This document shows positions 51,313 through 63,880 of a stretch of DNA of 64,000 nucleotides, piece by piece. The notes under the pieces are model-generated. The model had not been told where the DNA came from. It saw nothing but the letters and a program-made list of their open reading frames with translations, and searched no databases. The stretch covers positions 3,348,001 through 3,412,000 of the forward strand of contig NEEC01000008.1 of assembly GCA_002189035.1 (NCBI GenBank), given 5' to 3'. Position numbers and translations under genes: made by a program. The DNA comes from Utricularia gibba. Taxonomy: Eukaryota > Plantae > Magnoliophyta. Within the stretch, counting starts at the first letter, position 1, and each line of letters starts with the position of its first letter.

Positions 51313-51540
51313 AATATGGATCAAAGAAACGGTACCCAGACACCGTGGTTCACTTCCGGTGTTTCTTCAAGATACTACTTAACCTTCGTGTCTGAAATTC
51401 CAAGTTCCCACCTTTTCCCAAGCCTCCCGTTTCCAGTGAATGATCTTCCGGGTTCTCTACAATCAGAATAAAATTTCACTTTCAGTCTCTAATGTATCTA
51501 TAGCCATCTCTTCAACAGGCGAGAAGCCTTTTCATGGACT

Positions 51541-53201
51541 TCAAGGATAGAAAAGTTTAGCGAACAGAAGCTCGTTCCAAGTGTCTTGAAGCCCCGGCAA
51601 ACACCAGTGCACGCAGTCGGCATAGCTCACCGGATCAGCGAGCTGTTGTGGAGTTAAGGGGCCCCATTGCTTCTTGTAGATCGATGTGTGGGCATCTTTT
51701 CTGTAACTCGAGAGCTGAGTGATGTTGAGAACGGCTATAGGAATTTGAGATTTGCTCAACTCCTCGTCCACCACTCGCATTATGCTCTTTCGACAGTCTG
51801 ATCCCCAGTACGCAGGATCCTGAATCATGGTCGTCTCGTTGTAGCAGTTGCCGCCCATTTCACCACCCCAATCAACGCTTCTGTAATTTGCAAACATGAG
51901 CTCCATTAGAGGAATTGTAAGAACAACTAGAAGCTTTCTTTTGCTGTTGCAGGGGCCTTACTTTCCATGGGAAGGGGACATGGTGGTGAAAAAGACTCGG
52001 GTTACTGCAGGATCCATGTTTTTTCCAACCCATCTCAGCATGCTCTTCATTGCCATGCGATAAGCTTCCTCTGTCGTCACCTCCACAATGTCCTTTTCAT
52101 CATCGAAGGATCCTTCTTGTCTGCCCACAATGCTGATCAGATACAGCTGTACAAGTTACAGTAAATAAATGGAGCAGTATTTCGCTTACAGTATCTTGAA
52201 ACTAAGGCCAGTCATCCACCACAGATAGGTATTGAAAACTATGAGGTCCGCTCCCTTCCAGTGCCTCCCGTGCTTGTTTATTGATCCTTTCCGCACGACT
52301 CTGTCGCTTATCCTGTGCACGATTGCATCATCTGAGTTGGACTCCAGGAGAAATGGAGCCCAGTAGAACTGCAGAGTGGCGTTGTAGTCCTGGGGAAAAG
52401 CTTCATCTGATCAGCTTTCATCAGCATTTTTGGGTATACGCTCATTGTTCGTCACCTTGGCTGTGAAGACTGATAAGGAGCCAACGGTCTCCATGGATGA
52501 GGCATTCTCAGGGATACTCTTGTGAAGAAGACAGAGCATGGAGGTGAACTGGCCTCGGTTCAGAGAGTCGCCGACGAACAGCATTCGCTTACCTCGAAGA
52601 CTTTCCAGCATTAACGTCGCGTTGAAACTGCAAGGCGAGTGAATACGCTTGGTTTGGCGTCGCATTGGATTGAAGTATACAGTGAGGAAAGAGTTGCAGA
52701 GAAGAACCTCGGCAGAGAGCAATCTCGAGGCTGCCATCTCCATTTCTGGTAGCCCCTGTCTGGTCGACCGTGTTCCTGGCACGTCAGCTGGGGCTGAATG
52801 TACGGACACTCCGACTCCTCGTACAGTGGGCGAACCTCGTCCCACACCCAGTCCCCCCTGAAAAGGTCGCATCTTCGTCCGCCGCGGGCTTCAATGGCGA
52901 AAGGAAGCTTTTCAAGTTTCTTCTGCCCTCTACCTTGAGGTCGCAATCCAGCAATATGAATATCAAGCTATGCGTATTCAGGCAAACAAGCTAACTTACC
53001 GGAAGCCGAGAATGAGGTTTCCGGCTGATCATAACCAAGATCAAGCGAATCAAAGAGGCTACCGGCTCCGCACCTAAGGTCGTCCCAGTAAAGAAAGGTG
53101 ACCAGAACGATGAAACCCAACAGGGGCAGGAGATAACGGGAGAGGCTGGCCTGCCGGAGAACCGCGGCCGGCGAGGAAGAAGAGAACAGCCGCGGCTTCA
53201 T
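51541..53201 (-). CDS. TBL33: Trichome birefringence-like polysaccharide O-acetyltransferase (xylan-acetylating clade, TBL33-like)
   Basis: N-terminal TM segment [27 protein letters not shown]...[28 protein letters not shown] motif [18 protein letters not shown], and DxxH motif [20 protein letters not shown]. Confidence 0.92.
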
Positions 53202-54919
53202 CCTTTTCACCGCTTTATCGTACCTCCCCCTCTTCCTTATGCCGTTGGAGTTGAGCTGAGCCCTGGCTATGGAGGTGCACAGTCAGTCAGGTGTCATGGA
53301 GGAGCTGTCACGTGGTCGTTGAGCAACGTAACCATTCAGCAACCAATTACGTGTCTATTAATTAATATTCCTATCACAAAAAAAAAAAAACACAGATTGT
53401 TTGTTCTTCTCATTCTTCATTCCCAGGAATAAATAATTGTATTTTTTTTATAATATTATATATAAAAGGAAATAGCTTCCTTATAAAGCAACCTTTGTTA
53501 GGCACCATCTACCATCATCATTATTCTTATTTCCCAAGATAGCACTTTGGTGGAGTTATCACAAAATATTATAGTTTAATGTTCAACAATCAACTTACAA
53601 TACTTAAATGTTTCAAATAAGTTGAATTTCATCATTATAATTATTAAAAAATTAACTTGTAAAATTAGACTAGGCTCGAGTTAGTTTCATGGGCTTTTTT
53701 GGTGGGCAGGAGAACTGATATGGGTCGTTGGCATATTCTATTTCGGGAGGAGTTGGGCCTTATTGGGCCGGATTTGATCCAGCCCGTGTTCGCGATTTGT
53801 AGTAGGACCACTCTGCGGTGGAAATCGGCATGGGGGCTACGTTTTAGGCATGTTCTATTTACTGAGCGTCGTGGGCGGTGGGGGTAAGCTCCCGTGCGAC
53901 TCGTGTTCCTGAGCCCCTCCCTCCACCCCCACAATAAGCAGGCTGGTGACACGAGGTTTTTTTTTTTTTGAAAATATTGTGTATTATTATTAATTCGTTA
54001 GATCTAATTTTTAAATGTGATTTATATTTATTATGTATTTAGACTTCAAACATGTACTTATTTAACTCATTAAATTTTAAATTTTGATATAAAATTTTAA
54101 AGATTGGATGTTGAAATTGACGTCCGTCTCCAGGAGGAAGAAGGGTTGCCACATTGCTGCTAGAAGATTCTGGATTAGTCGTTACTCAACAACCAATCAT
54201 TAAAAAATGAAATAAAATCATTAACGAAGAGGCAATTAGGGCAACTCGGATGGCATTAAATGAGGATACCACTTTTGTTATCTATTCCAACTGTCCAAAA
54301 TAATATCCACTTTTAAAAAATACCTAAATCACATTAAAATATTGAGATATTTCAATGTCGGAAATCGCACATTCATAATACTTCCCTTTAAATTTCAACC
54401 TCAGAAACCATGTTCGAAATTCTTAAAATTTTTTATTTTATTCTAAATTTTGTAAATATAAAAATAATAAACGGTAAAATTTTATAGCATTAGCAAATGT
54501 TGGTATAATAGACTTCCAAATCTAATAAATTGTTCTGTCTCGCGTGAAAAAAATTAAGAGTGTTTTTTAATGAAATATATAATCGTTTCTTGTCAAAAAG
54601 AATTATTTTTTAAAACATAATTAAAAAGTTAATATTGAGGGCATGCCCCACAACCTAAGAAGCTTGTTTGACAAACCCGTCGCTGTGGGGTCCACATGTT
54701 TACAATTTGGAAATTTGCGCTTGTCCTCAACCATTTTTTTTTTTTTTTTATCGTGGGGGCAGTAAGGCATGCGGGAAAAGACATAAAGGCCCTCCGGGTC
54801 ACTTTTCCTTTTTACCCTTGCCCTCGTCTTCTCGCTTTTCGCCATTATTATTTCTTTTATTGCAGATCAGTTTTGTGGCGGAGTGAGTGGGAAGTAGAAC
54901 TGCTGCTGAGGACAAGGAA

Positions 54920-57900
54920 ATGGCATCGAGCATAAAAAATGGCGGCACGAAGGCGACAAGTCTTCGATCCTCCTTTCCCAAGCCTAAGCTTCATTCAACC
55001 AGTACTACTCGCCGGAGTTTGCCGGTTCAGAACGGCGCTGAAGCCGGTGAGCTTCACTATTTTAGCGATTTTGTTTTCATGATAATGTGTAATGTAATTG
55101 CATTTCGGATTGTGTTGCATTGTGTTTTGGATGGCTGATTGTTGTTGTTTCTTGTGCTGTGATGGTGCAGTTTCGGGAAGAGTTCGTGTCGCGGTTAGGT
55201 TGAGACCTCGAAATCCGGAAGAAATGGCGGCCGATGCTGATTTTGCGGATTGTGTGGAGTTGCAACCAGAGGTTACCGTTAATGCTGTGATTTGACCTAA
55301 GTTATCATTGGGGATTGATATTGATTTTTTTTTTTTTTTTTTTGCAATTGTATATTTTTTATTCGCAGCTTAACAGACTAAAATTGCGGAAAAACAATTG
55401 GGACTCGGATACGTATGAGTTTGATGAGGTTCTTACTGAAATTGCTTCGCAGAAGCGTGTTTATGAAGTTGTTGCCAAGCCTGTTGTTGAGGTGATAAAA
55501 CTCGTTTTAAGTCGTGGGTGGCATTGCCGCAATTCACGTTTGTTTTCCTTTAAACAAGAATGTCGAATGATGTGATATTCCCGCTTGGTTTTTTTTTCCC
55601 CAGTCAACATCCTGTTCATTTTCTAAATTCTTCATTCCAAATTGGTAATGTACCAGTAAGTTTACCTCTACCTTTTATTTCCCAGAGTGTTTTAGATGGA
55701 TACAATGGCACTGTGATGGCATACGGTCAAACAGGTACTGGGAAGACTTATACACTTGGACGACTAGGTGACGAAGATACATCAGCTCGTGGTATAATGG
55801 TTCGATCAATGGAAGAGATACTTTCGAGTGTGTCCCCCAATCGTGATTCTGTCTCTGTTTCATACCTTCAGGTTGTTGATTTTGATCCTTTTACAGTCTG
55901 CTTTTGATTATATTTAGAGTAGCTCTATGATTGGTATAAGTAGCAGACAATAATCTCATGGATGAAGATTTCTTCGTTGTAGCTCTATATGGAAACCATC
56001 CAGGATCTTCTGAATCCTGCAAATGATAACATTTCAATAGTTGAGGACCAAAGAACTGGCGATGTTTCTTTGCCTGGGGCAACCCTAGTGGAGATACGAG
56101 ACCAGCAAACGTTTCTTGAACTCTTACGGCTGGGGGAAGCTCATAGGATTGCAGCCAACACCAAACTTAATACTGAGTCTTCTCGTAGCCATGCAATTCT
56201 TATGGTGAGTGTCTGGTTATATAAATTTCTGCACCTTTTTTTTCTTTTTTTTGTGGTTTTTAGGCATAAAAATCATTGTTTGTGACCCAGGTGCATGTGA
56301 AGAGGTCCATATCAAACTCAGATGATGATTTTTCACTTGAAAGCCAAGATCGGTGTAATTTGGCTCCACCATTGTTACGTAAGGGCAAGCTGATAGTTGT
56401 GGATCTTGCTGGTTCTGAACGCATTCATAAATCAGGTTTTCTATTCTTAAACACTAGATTATTTGAAAATTTTTTTAATTGCAACCTTGCTCTACTTTCA
56501 GTGGTATTATCTTAACAGTGCAACCTTATCTGTTGATGTTCTTGATTCACTGCTTGCTCTGGTGCAATTTTTTTCGCTTTCTTAGATTTCTTTTTCTCTT
56601 CCTGAAGGAAGTGAGGGACACATGTTGGAAGAAGCCAAGTCTATAAATCTTTCACTTAGCGCTTTGGGAAAATGCATAAATGCCTTAGCAGAAAATAGTC
56701 CTCATGTTCCCGTTCGTGACTCAAAGCTTACTAGGCTACTAAAAGATTCATTTGGAGGTAGCCTTTTGCCTTTTTTGTTCCGTATTTTCATATCTTTTTT
56801 TGTGAAATCTGATGTGTAATGCTCTCGTATATGGCCTGCTCAATTTTTGTATCAGGCACATCTAGAACTTCATTGGTTATCACAATTGGTCCATCCCCGC
56901 GTCATCGTGCTGAGACTGCTAGTACTATATTGTTTGGGCAAAGGGTGAGCAGCTAGCTAGGCAGGAAATGTATTTTCCAACAATTGCAATAGGAGTTAGA
57001 TATCATATGGGAATTTATTATGTTTAATTTGGTATGATGATAGGCGATGAAAGTGGAGAACATGCTAAAAATCAAGGAGGAATTCGATTATAAGAGCTTA
57101 TCCAAGCGACTTCAAATGGAGATAGATAGATTGATAGCTGAAAATGAAAGGCAGCAAAAGCATTATCAAAATGAGATTGAGAGAATTAGATTAGAAGCAC
57201 AGAAACGTGTTGCTGAGGCTGAAAGAAACTATGTGGAAGCCTTGGAGGTACTTTTTTCTTTATATTTCTGGAGTTCAGTATGTTTCTTGCACTAGAAAAA
57301 CTTCGTGTAAGCTGATGTCTGCCGGAACAGCTATACGATAATATCCATAAAAAAACTAATCCGATGACAATTCAATCAGACCTGTAATTGTCCGACATTT
57401 TCTTTCTCATGTAATCAGGAGGAGAAAACCAAATGTCAAATGGATTATATGGAATCAATTCAGAAGCTGGAGGAGAAGTGGGCAGTCAGTCACCAAAAGC
57501 ATGCCATGAATGGAGAGGTAATTACTTTTTTATTGTCTTCAGATGCACTGTGCCTGCCTAAACCTATGCTTTTATATATATATATATATATATATTTTGC
57601 AACGTGTTTTAGTGTTCTTAATCTTTTCAGGTTCACAAGGATGCTGGTAGTGATGAGCTCCGTGAACTGCAAGCATTGCTTCAAAAAGAAATTAATCAAC
57701 GGAAGGCTGCAGAAGAAGAAAATCAAAACTCAAATAACAAGTTAATCAAGTTCTTAAAGGTAGAGATTGTCTACTTTTCGTATGTTGGATGCCAAACTTT
57801 TCCATTCGTTTTAACTCTTTCATGGTGCCACTAATAACTCTGGTGCAGATGATGGATGGGAACTCTAATGGCTTTAGCCTTCAAGAAATTTTTGAAGAGG

Positions 57901-59724
57901 AGTCTCATCAAAAGAAGAAGCTTGAAGAAGAAGTTAGAATTTTGCGAAATCAGTTGGCACAGTTATCCGTGGAAGCTAATCAGGTATGTTTTCGATACAT
58001 TACATCATATGCAAAACATGAACATATCATCGTTTCATTAGCTAGGAAAAAGTATTCCAACTATGCTAGGTATTTCTCCAGCAGAAAGAGGATGCTCATT
58101 CTTCTCAGTTAAGATGAATTTTTGTATTCAAGTTTAACTGATTTGTCTCAATATGCATTCTCACAGACCAGAAGTTACCCTGACAGAGGCAACAATGGGA
58201 AATCCCTAGGCATGATGAATTGTTCCTCGCCACTAAATTATGGGCAATACAGAGATAATGATACCAGAGAAAGTGCATCAATTTCTAACCTTCATGAACA
58301 GGGTGATGATTATTATTATACTGATTCTATTCCTTTTCTTTGTTTCTCAGTTATAATATAAACACATTTTGAACCCTTGTATGCTTACAAATTTCTTTAT
58401 CTAACAGTTGGATTGCAAAAGATATTGTCGCTGCTGGAATCCGAAGACCCGAATGTGCAGATTCATGCGGTGAAAGTTGTAGCCAACTTAGCTGCAGAAG
58501 GTAATTCAGCCTTTTCACACTTGCATATTATCTGCATTCAAGTCCAATCTTATTAAGGTAACCCTATTATTTTAGAGAAGTGAAGTTTTTTTATAACTTA
58601 CATTGCAGAAGCAAATCAGGAAAAGATAGTTGAAGCCGGGGGTCTCACTTCATTACTGATGCTTCTGCGAAAGTACGAGGATGAAACAATTCGTAGGATT
58701 GCAGCGGGTGCAATCGCCAATCTTGCAATGAATGGTGACTACTTAATCATTTTGTTGTTGTATTTTGCAATCGTATCTGCTTCATGCCTTTTTCCTTCAA
58801 AAAATTTAGGCTTCGAAGATGGCAGCATCTTCCTTCCCCTTATTATTTCCCTTGAAACATGAAAAATTTTCAGAGTCCAACCAAGAACTCATAATGGCTC
58901 AAGGTGGGGTGCCTCTCTTGGCGATGACTGGTACTAACGCTGAAGATCCTCAGACGCTTCGAATGGTTGCTGGAGCAATAGCCAATTTATGTGGCAATGG
59001 TATTAATTTCCAATGCTCTGCTCTAATACTCCCCATGTTCGCTATTTCTTCCCCACTCGCCATCTTTTATTCCTTATTCATGCAATGCATTCGGTTTCCC
59101 AGATAAACTGCAAACAAGGCTGAGATCAGAGGGTGGCATCAAAGCTCTGTTAGGGATGGTGAGATGCAGGCATCCAGATGTTCTTTCTCAAGTAGCTCGC
59201 GGCATCGCCAATTTCGCAAAATGTGAATCCAGGGTAGCAACCCAAGGTAAAAAGATCTCCACCCACTTCAAGTGCATCTAAATATTTCCACAAAATAGTG
59301 AATCCTTTCTGTATCCCCGAATGATGTTCCAAGATGGCTCCTTTTTGCAGGCATCAGACCTGGTCGTTCCCTGCTTGTGGAAGACGGAGCCTTGCCATGG
59401 ATAGTACAGAACGCCAACAATGAAGCATCACTAATCAGACGCCATGTCGAGCTCGCCCTTTGCCACCTCGCGCAGCACGGTAACATATACTTGAAACCAC
59501 TCGCTCGTCCCCCCCATTTTTACTCCTCAAGATGCACAACATTACATGATCTCCCCCCTTGCAGAAGTGAACGCCAAGGACTTGATCAGCGGAGGCGCAC
59601 TCTGGGAGCTCCTTCGCATCTCTCGTGACTGTTCCGGGACGACATCAAGGCGCTTGCCCGTCGAACTCTAACATCGAGCTCCATCTTCCAGGCCGAGATG
59701 CGAAGACTAAGGATAGAGGTGTAA
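54920..59724 (+). CDS. ARK2: Armadillo-repeat kinesin (KIN-UB/ARK2), many exons
   Basis: [12 protein letters not shown]-loop GQTGTGKT, switch [10 protein letters not shown], switch [39 protein letters not shown], coiled coil, and ARM repeats ([14 protein letters not shown]...[41 protein letters not shown]). Ends EMRRLRIEV*. Confidence 0.93.
57573..57594 (+). repeat. (TA)11 microsatellite in an ARK2 intron
   Basis: Read directly from the sequence. Confidence 0.9.
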
Positions 59725-60355
59725 ATGGTACGGTACAATAACCCCCCTCTTTTACCTCTTCTAACCGGTAAAAAGCTCCGAAGAAATGAGAAATGTGATT
59801 TTCACCTATTTTTGTTTCAACAGCAGAAATGGGGTCGTGGTGTTTAGACCCATCAGCACGACCTGCTTCCTGAGAAGCTGGCCGGCGGGCTTTGTAGCTA
59901 AGCGTTGATTATCCACCTTAAAAATCAATCAGTCTTCCTAAATTTGCTTTCAATATTTTGCTCAACTTCATTAAAATAAAAATAATCACGTGTTACAAAA
60001 ATGCCTCCTCTTAATGAAGAAAGTTCCTTAGAAACCGGGTCAGATTTTGATTAACTAATTTCACATTAATCAAGACACGTCATTGGCTATTTAATATGAT
60101 GGTGACCATACTCTTTGTTCGTTTTAAATAAATATTTTATTTATTATTAAATTATTATCAAATATATTTTTAATGTTAATCATATAATTTATTTAAATAT
60201 AAATAATTCAATATATGGTTAATGAATTAATTTACCAAACGCTATTTTATTATATTAAATTAAGACCAACTCTCCAACACAAAGTTAAATTATTCTAAAT
60301 GAATGTAATTTGAATTTCATGTATGTACATGTAAAGTTCACTTAATTACACAAAG

Positions 60356-60901
60356 CTAAGCTCCAGCTGTCATCATAAGCCTGAACTCTTCCAAGCTGAC
60401 GAACCCATCGCCATCTCTATCAACTGCTCGAATCATCTTCTTGCATTCCTTGAGGCTGCTCTTCCTCCCGCAGCACCCAAGTCTCCTCAGCACCCTCTGC
60501 ACCTCCTCCGCCGAGATTAGCCCGTCTCCGTTCACATCGAATACCCGAAAAGCGGCAACGTAATCCCCATCTTCCTGCTCATCCATCGCACTCATGAATT
60601 CCTGCAAGTCCACGAATCCATCGCCGTCGAAATCCAGCACCCGCACCATCACCTCGGCTTCGTTCGCCGCATTAGTACTTTCATATCCCATATTCAGTAG
60701 AAGCTGCTTCACCTCGACGGGGGATAGCTTCCCATCTCCGTTGGAGTCGATTGCCTCGAAGACGTGTCGCATTTGAGACGAGATCGCCATCGTCGCGAAG
60801 GAAGCATCCAGTTTGGGGCTTCTTCTCGGGCTCCTGGGAAACTCTATCTTGCGGAGCAGTTGCTTCAGGTGTGAAGAGCAGAGATTTAGGACATCTAGCA
60901 T
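60356..60901 (-). CDS. Calmodulin-like protein (CML), four EF-hands, intronless
   Basis: EF loops DSNGDGKLSPVE, DFDGDGFVDLQE, DVNGDGLISAEE and DRDGDGFVSLEE. Likely start MLDVLNL at 60901. Confidence 0.9.
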   Translation of the reverse strand: MLDVLNLCSSHLKQLLRKIEFPRSPRRSPKLDASFATMAISSQMRHVFEAIDSNGDGKLSPVEVKQLLLNMGYESTNAANEAEVMVRVLDFDGDGFVDLQEFMSAMDEQEDGDYVAAFRVFDVNGDGLISAEEVQRVLRRLGCCGRKSSLKECKKMIRAVDRDGDGFVSLEEFRLMMTAGA

Positions 60902-61322
60902 TGTGGGAAAGGAGAGAACACAAGTGAGAAATGAAGTAACAGAATGAAACGCGAACAGACGACACGTGGGAGGGTAATAAGATAAGAGAAATTCCTCATG
61001 AGTTAAGATAAGCAACAAGAGGAAAAATTGGATTGGATTATCGTATTCTAGCAGCTTGTCCTGTCAGGCCCTACACGGAAAGACAGGGACTTTTCATCAA
61101 ATAGTTAGTCATTGGACAGCCCCTTGGTTCTGTCTTCCCGTGTGCACAAACATAGCCAACGGTATTCCAAAGATCGAGTCTTTTTCTTCTTAGTGTTGTT
61201 CTTCTGTAGGAGGACTTGGAGGGTTTCACGTTAAAACAATATACAAGCTCATTGATTGAAAACAAAAGCAAACAAGTTTTTTTTCTGGTTCTTGCCCTGC
61301 CTCATGGAAAATCCGGGAGTCT

Positions 61323-63880
61323 TCAATGAGGATGATGATAACTATACATGGCGTAAAAGGTCTGCAGAAATGTGAGAACCAGAAGCATGACAGCAGTGAC
61401 GATGGACATGGTGGTCCATGGATTTCTCAAGTGTTCTTCCACCAGCGCCTTGCCCCAAGCATTGATTTTGTTCTTGCAGAAATTATCAACGTCCCTTGCA
61501 ACATCCAGAAGCAAGGGATTGAAGCGGCCGTAAACCACAGACTCGCATGCACGATTGAAGAAGTGGGCTATATCAGAATCGGCTTCCAAGCTATTCATAA
61601 TGATCCCGCGTTCCCGGAGGCATCTCACGTCCTCCGCCGTGTCTATTAAACGGTCCATGAAGATCATATAAGAGGTGACGTCGTTGTTGTTGAGTTGGTG
61701 TGAATGCAGTTGCTCGTAGGCGATGAGGTTGATTACAAGAGATTTCATTCTCATGTCCAGCAAAACATGCGGAATCTTGAGGCACCCCCTTTTGAGTTTT
61801 ATGCCAGAGGATATGCTGGAGCTTCCCCTTCTGAACCTGATTCCATGTTCTTTAAGATAACTCACAGGGCGCATCATGAGCAACGGGCTGAGGTCCGAAC
61901 CTGAGTCTGCACTCACGGCAGGCTCCCTTGAGCTGATTCTTTTGGTTTCGGGATCAAAACTAATGACTCTGAGCATCCAGTGTACAAGTCCCAGTAAATG
62001 GGGAACTTCTTCTGGTACACTCGGTGAATTGGTAAAGACGTTCCGGAGGTTTTCATTCAGGAATGGCTCGCCCCCGCGAATCAAGGGATAGAAGAATTCT
62101 AGTGCAAGACCCCGAACTTGTTTTCCATCAGACGAAGTGTTGATTCCATGAAGTGCTTCAAGGATGAAGATGGGGATTTGGTTCTCCAGCAGGATGAAAT
62201 CTTGTCTGATCATGTCTATAAACCCGGAAATGGAGAAAACAGGATCCATAACCGAGTAACCGCACTTCTTGAATCCTATTTTGGCACCCATAAGAAACTC
62301 AAGAATGAAGCAGCCATCGAGGATCATCGTCTCCGTGAAATCATCGCTGTCAACAAGGCCGTCATAGCAAGCACGAGCTTTCTTCTCGTGCTCTTTCACC
62401 ACATTGATATAATCCCCGATTCGCATGGAATTTCTCTTAAGCAAATTATGAACAGCTTTCCATTTATGAATTTCCATGGGTCTCAGCTGCGAGGACTGGC
62501 GGTGATATGGACCTATCGACACCACCTGCGGATAGGGAGCTTTGATCTTGAACTTTGTGAGGAATGCCGGGATTCTGTATATGCAGATTTGATTAGAAGT
62601 GGCTTCTCTGATCTCTATAGCTTGATGCATCTTCCTGTGCATGTCGAAAGCAAGAAGCCCTGAAGGTAGGTTGGATGGATCGTTGCAATAGACTTTGAAA
62701 TCAATAGCAACTTCCAAGAGCGCGGGATTGAGGCGACCATAAACCACAGCTTGATTCACGCCTTTGAAGAACTCCACCACCTTGGAGTCGCTTCCAAGGT
62801 CATTCCTCAGGATCCCGGAATCCCTGAGGTGCTCCACATCGGCGGCGGAATCAATCAGGAAGTTCATGAAGATCATGAAGGACGTGACATAATTCTTCCT
62901 CTCTGGAGACGAACAGCGTTGCTCAAAGGCACATAAGTTGAGCATAAGAGACTTCATGTTCATGTCAAGTGAGACGTACGAGATCCCAAAGGTTCCACCT
63001 TGGAATTTCACATCCCATAGCAACTCCTGAGGCTCAAACTCCCTCTTGAACTTGATTACATCTTTAACAGCACTAATGGGGCGCATCTCGAGCAGGGGGC
63101 CGAAGTCGTTCTCCCAGTACATATTCGAGAATTTGTTGCTGTAAGCGTTGTCAATGAGCTTGCTGTGTAGAAGATCAAGTAAATGAAAGGTCTTTCCTTG
63201 AATCTGGGAAGAGTTCATAAACCGTTCCCAACAATTCTTCGCCGATGGGTCACCACGAATCAAACGCAAGAAGAGCCTTCCAGCAAGATAAGTAACATCA
63301 AAGTCACACTCCTCCTTCCCCATTCCGTGAAGTTTGTCGAGGATAAACATGGGAATCTGATTCTCCAACAGAATAAGATCTCGTTGAATGTTCAACATTG
63401 TCCCAGAATGTGAGAAAACGGGATCCATTTCCGAGTATCCAAGATTCTGGAATCCTCTTACGGCTCCATTAAGGACCTCTAGGATGAAGCACCCATCAAC
63501 GACCATCATCTCAAGAAATTCCTCACTGGTGAGTCTAATGTTTCCCTCATAACAGTGACGCGCCTCCATCTCAAGTTCTCTTACCGCTTGAAGATAAGCC
63601 TGGATTCCCTGACCTTTTCTAGAGAGTGCCCTGTCAAGAGCACGGCGTTTGTGAGTTTCCATGGGTTGCAGGTACTTGGCGCCACGGTGGTACGGACCCA
63701 GAGATACAATCTGGGATGACATGCTTTTTTATCGATCCCAAGGAGGGATTTGGGGATTTGGCATATCCAAGGCGCTCGAGAAGTCCCCTGCCTGGCTTTC
63801 TTCATCTTCTCGTTCATCGCATCTCCAAGACGTTGGAGATCGACGGTCAGTCTCGAGTTTCCCGTCTCTTTGTCGTCCAT
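61323..63880 (-). CDS. DUF247 (UPF0481) protein with two tandem DUF247 units and one C-terminal TM helix; intronless, 1-nt frameshift at about 63713-63715
   Basis: Each unit carries PQ(I/V)VS(L/I)GPYH, DGCFILE, D(L/F)ILLENQIP and VTS(F/Y)MIFM..LID. Only the second unit ends in NPWTTMSIVTAVMLLVLTFLQTFY. The repaired ORF from ATG 63880 is 852 aa; the unrepaired ORF from ATG 63722 is 799 aa. Confidence 0.9.
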
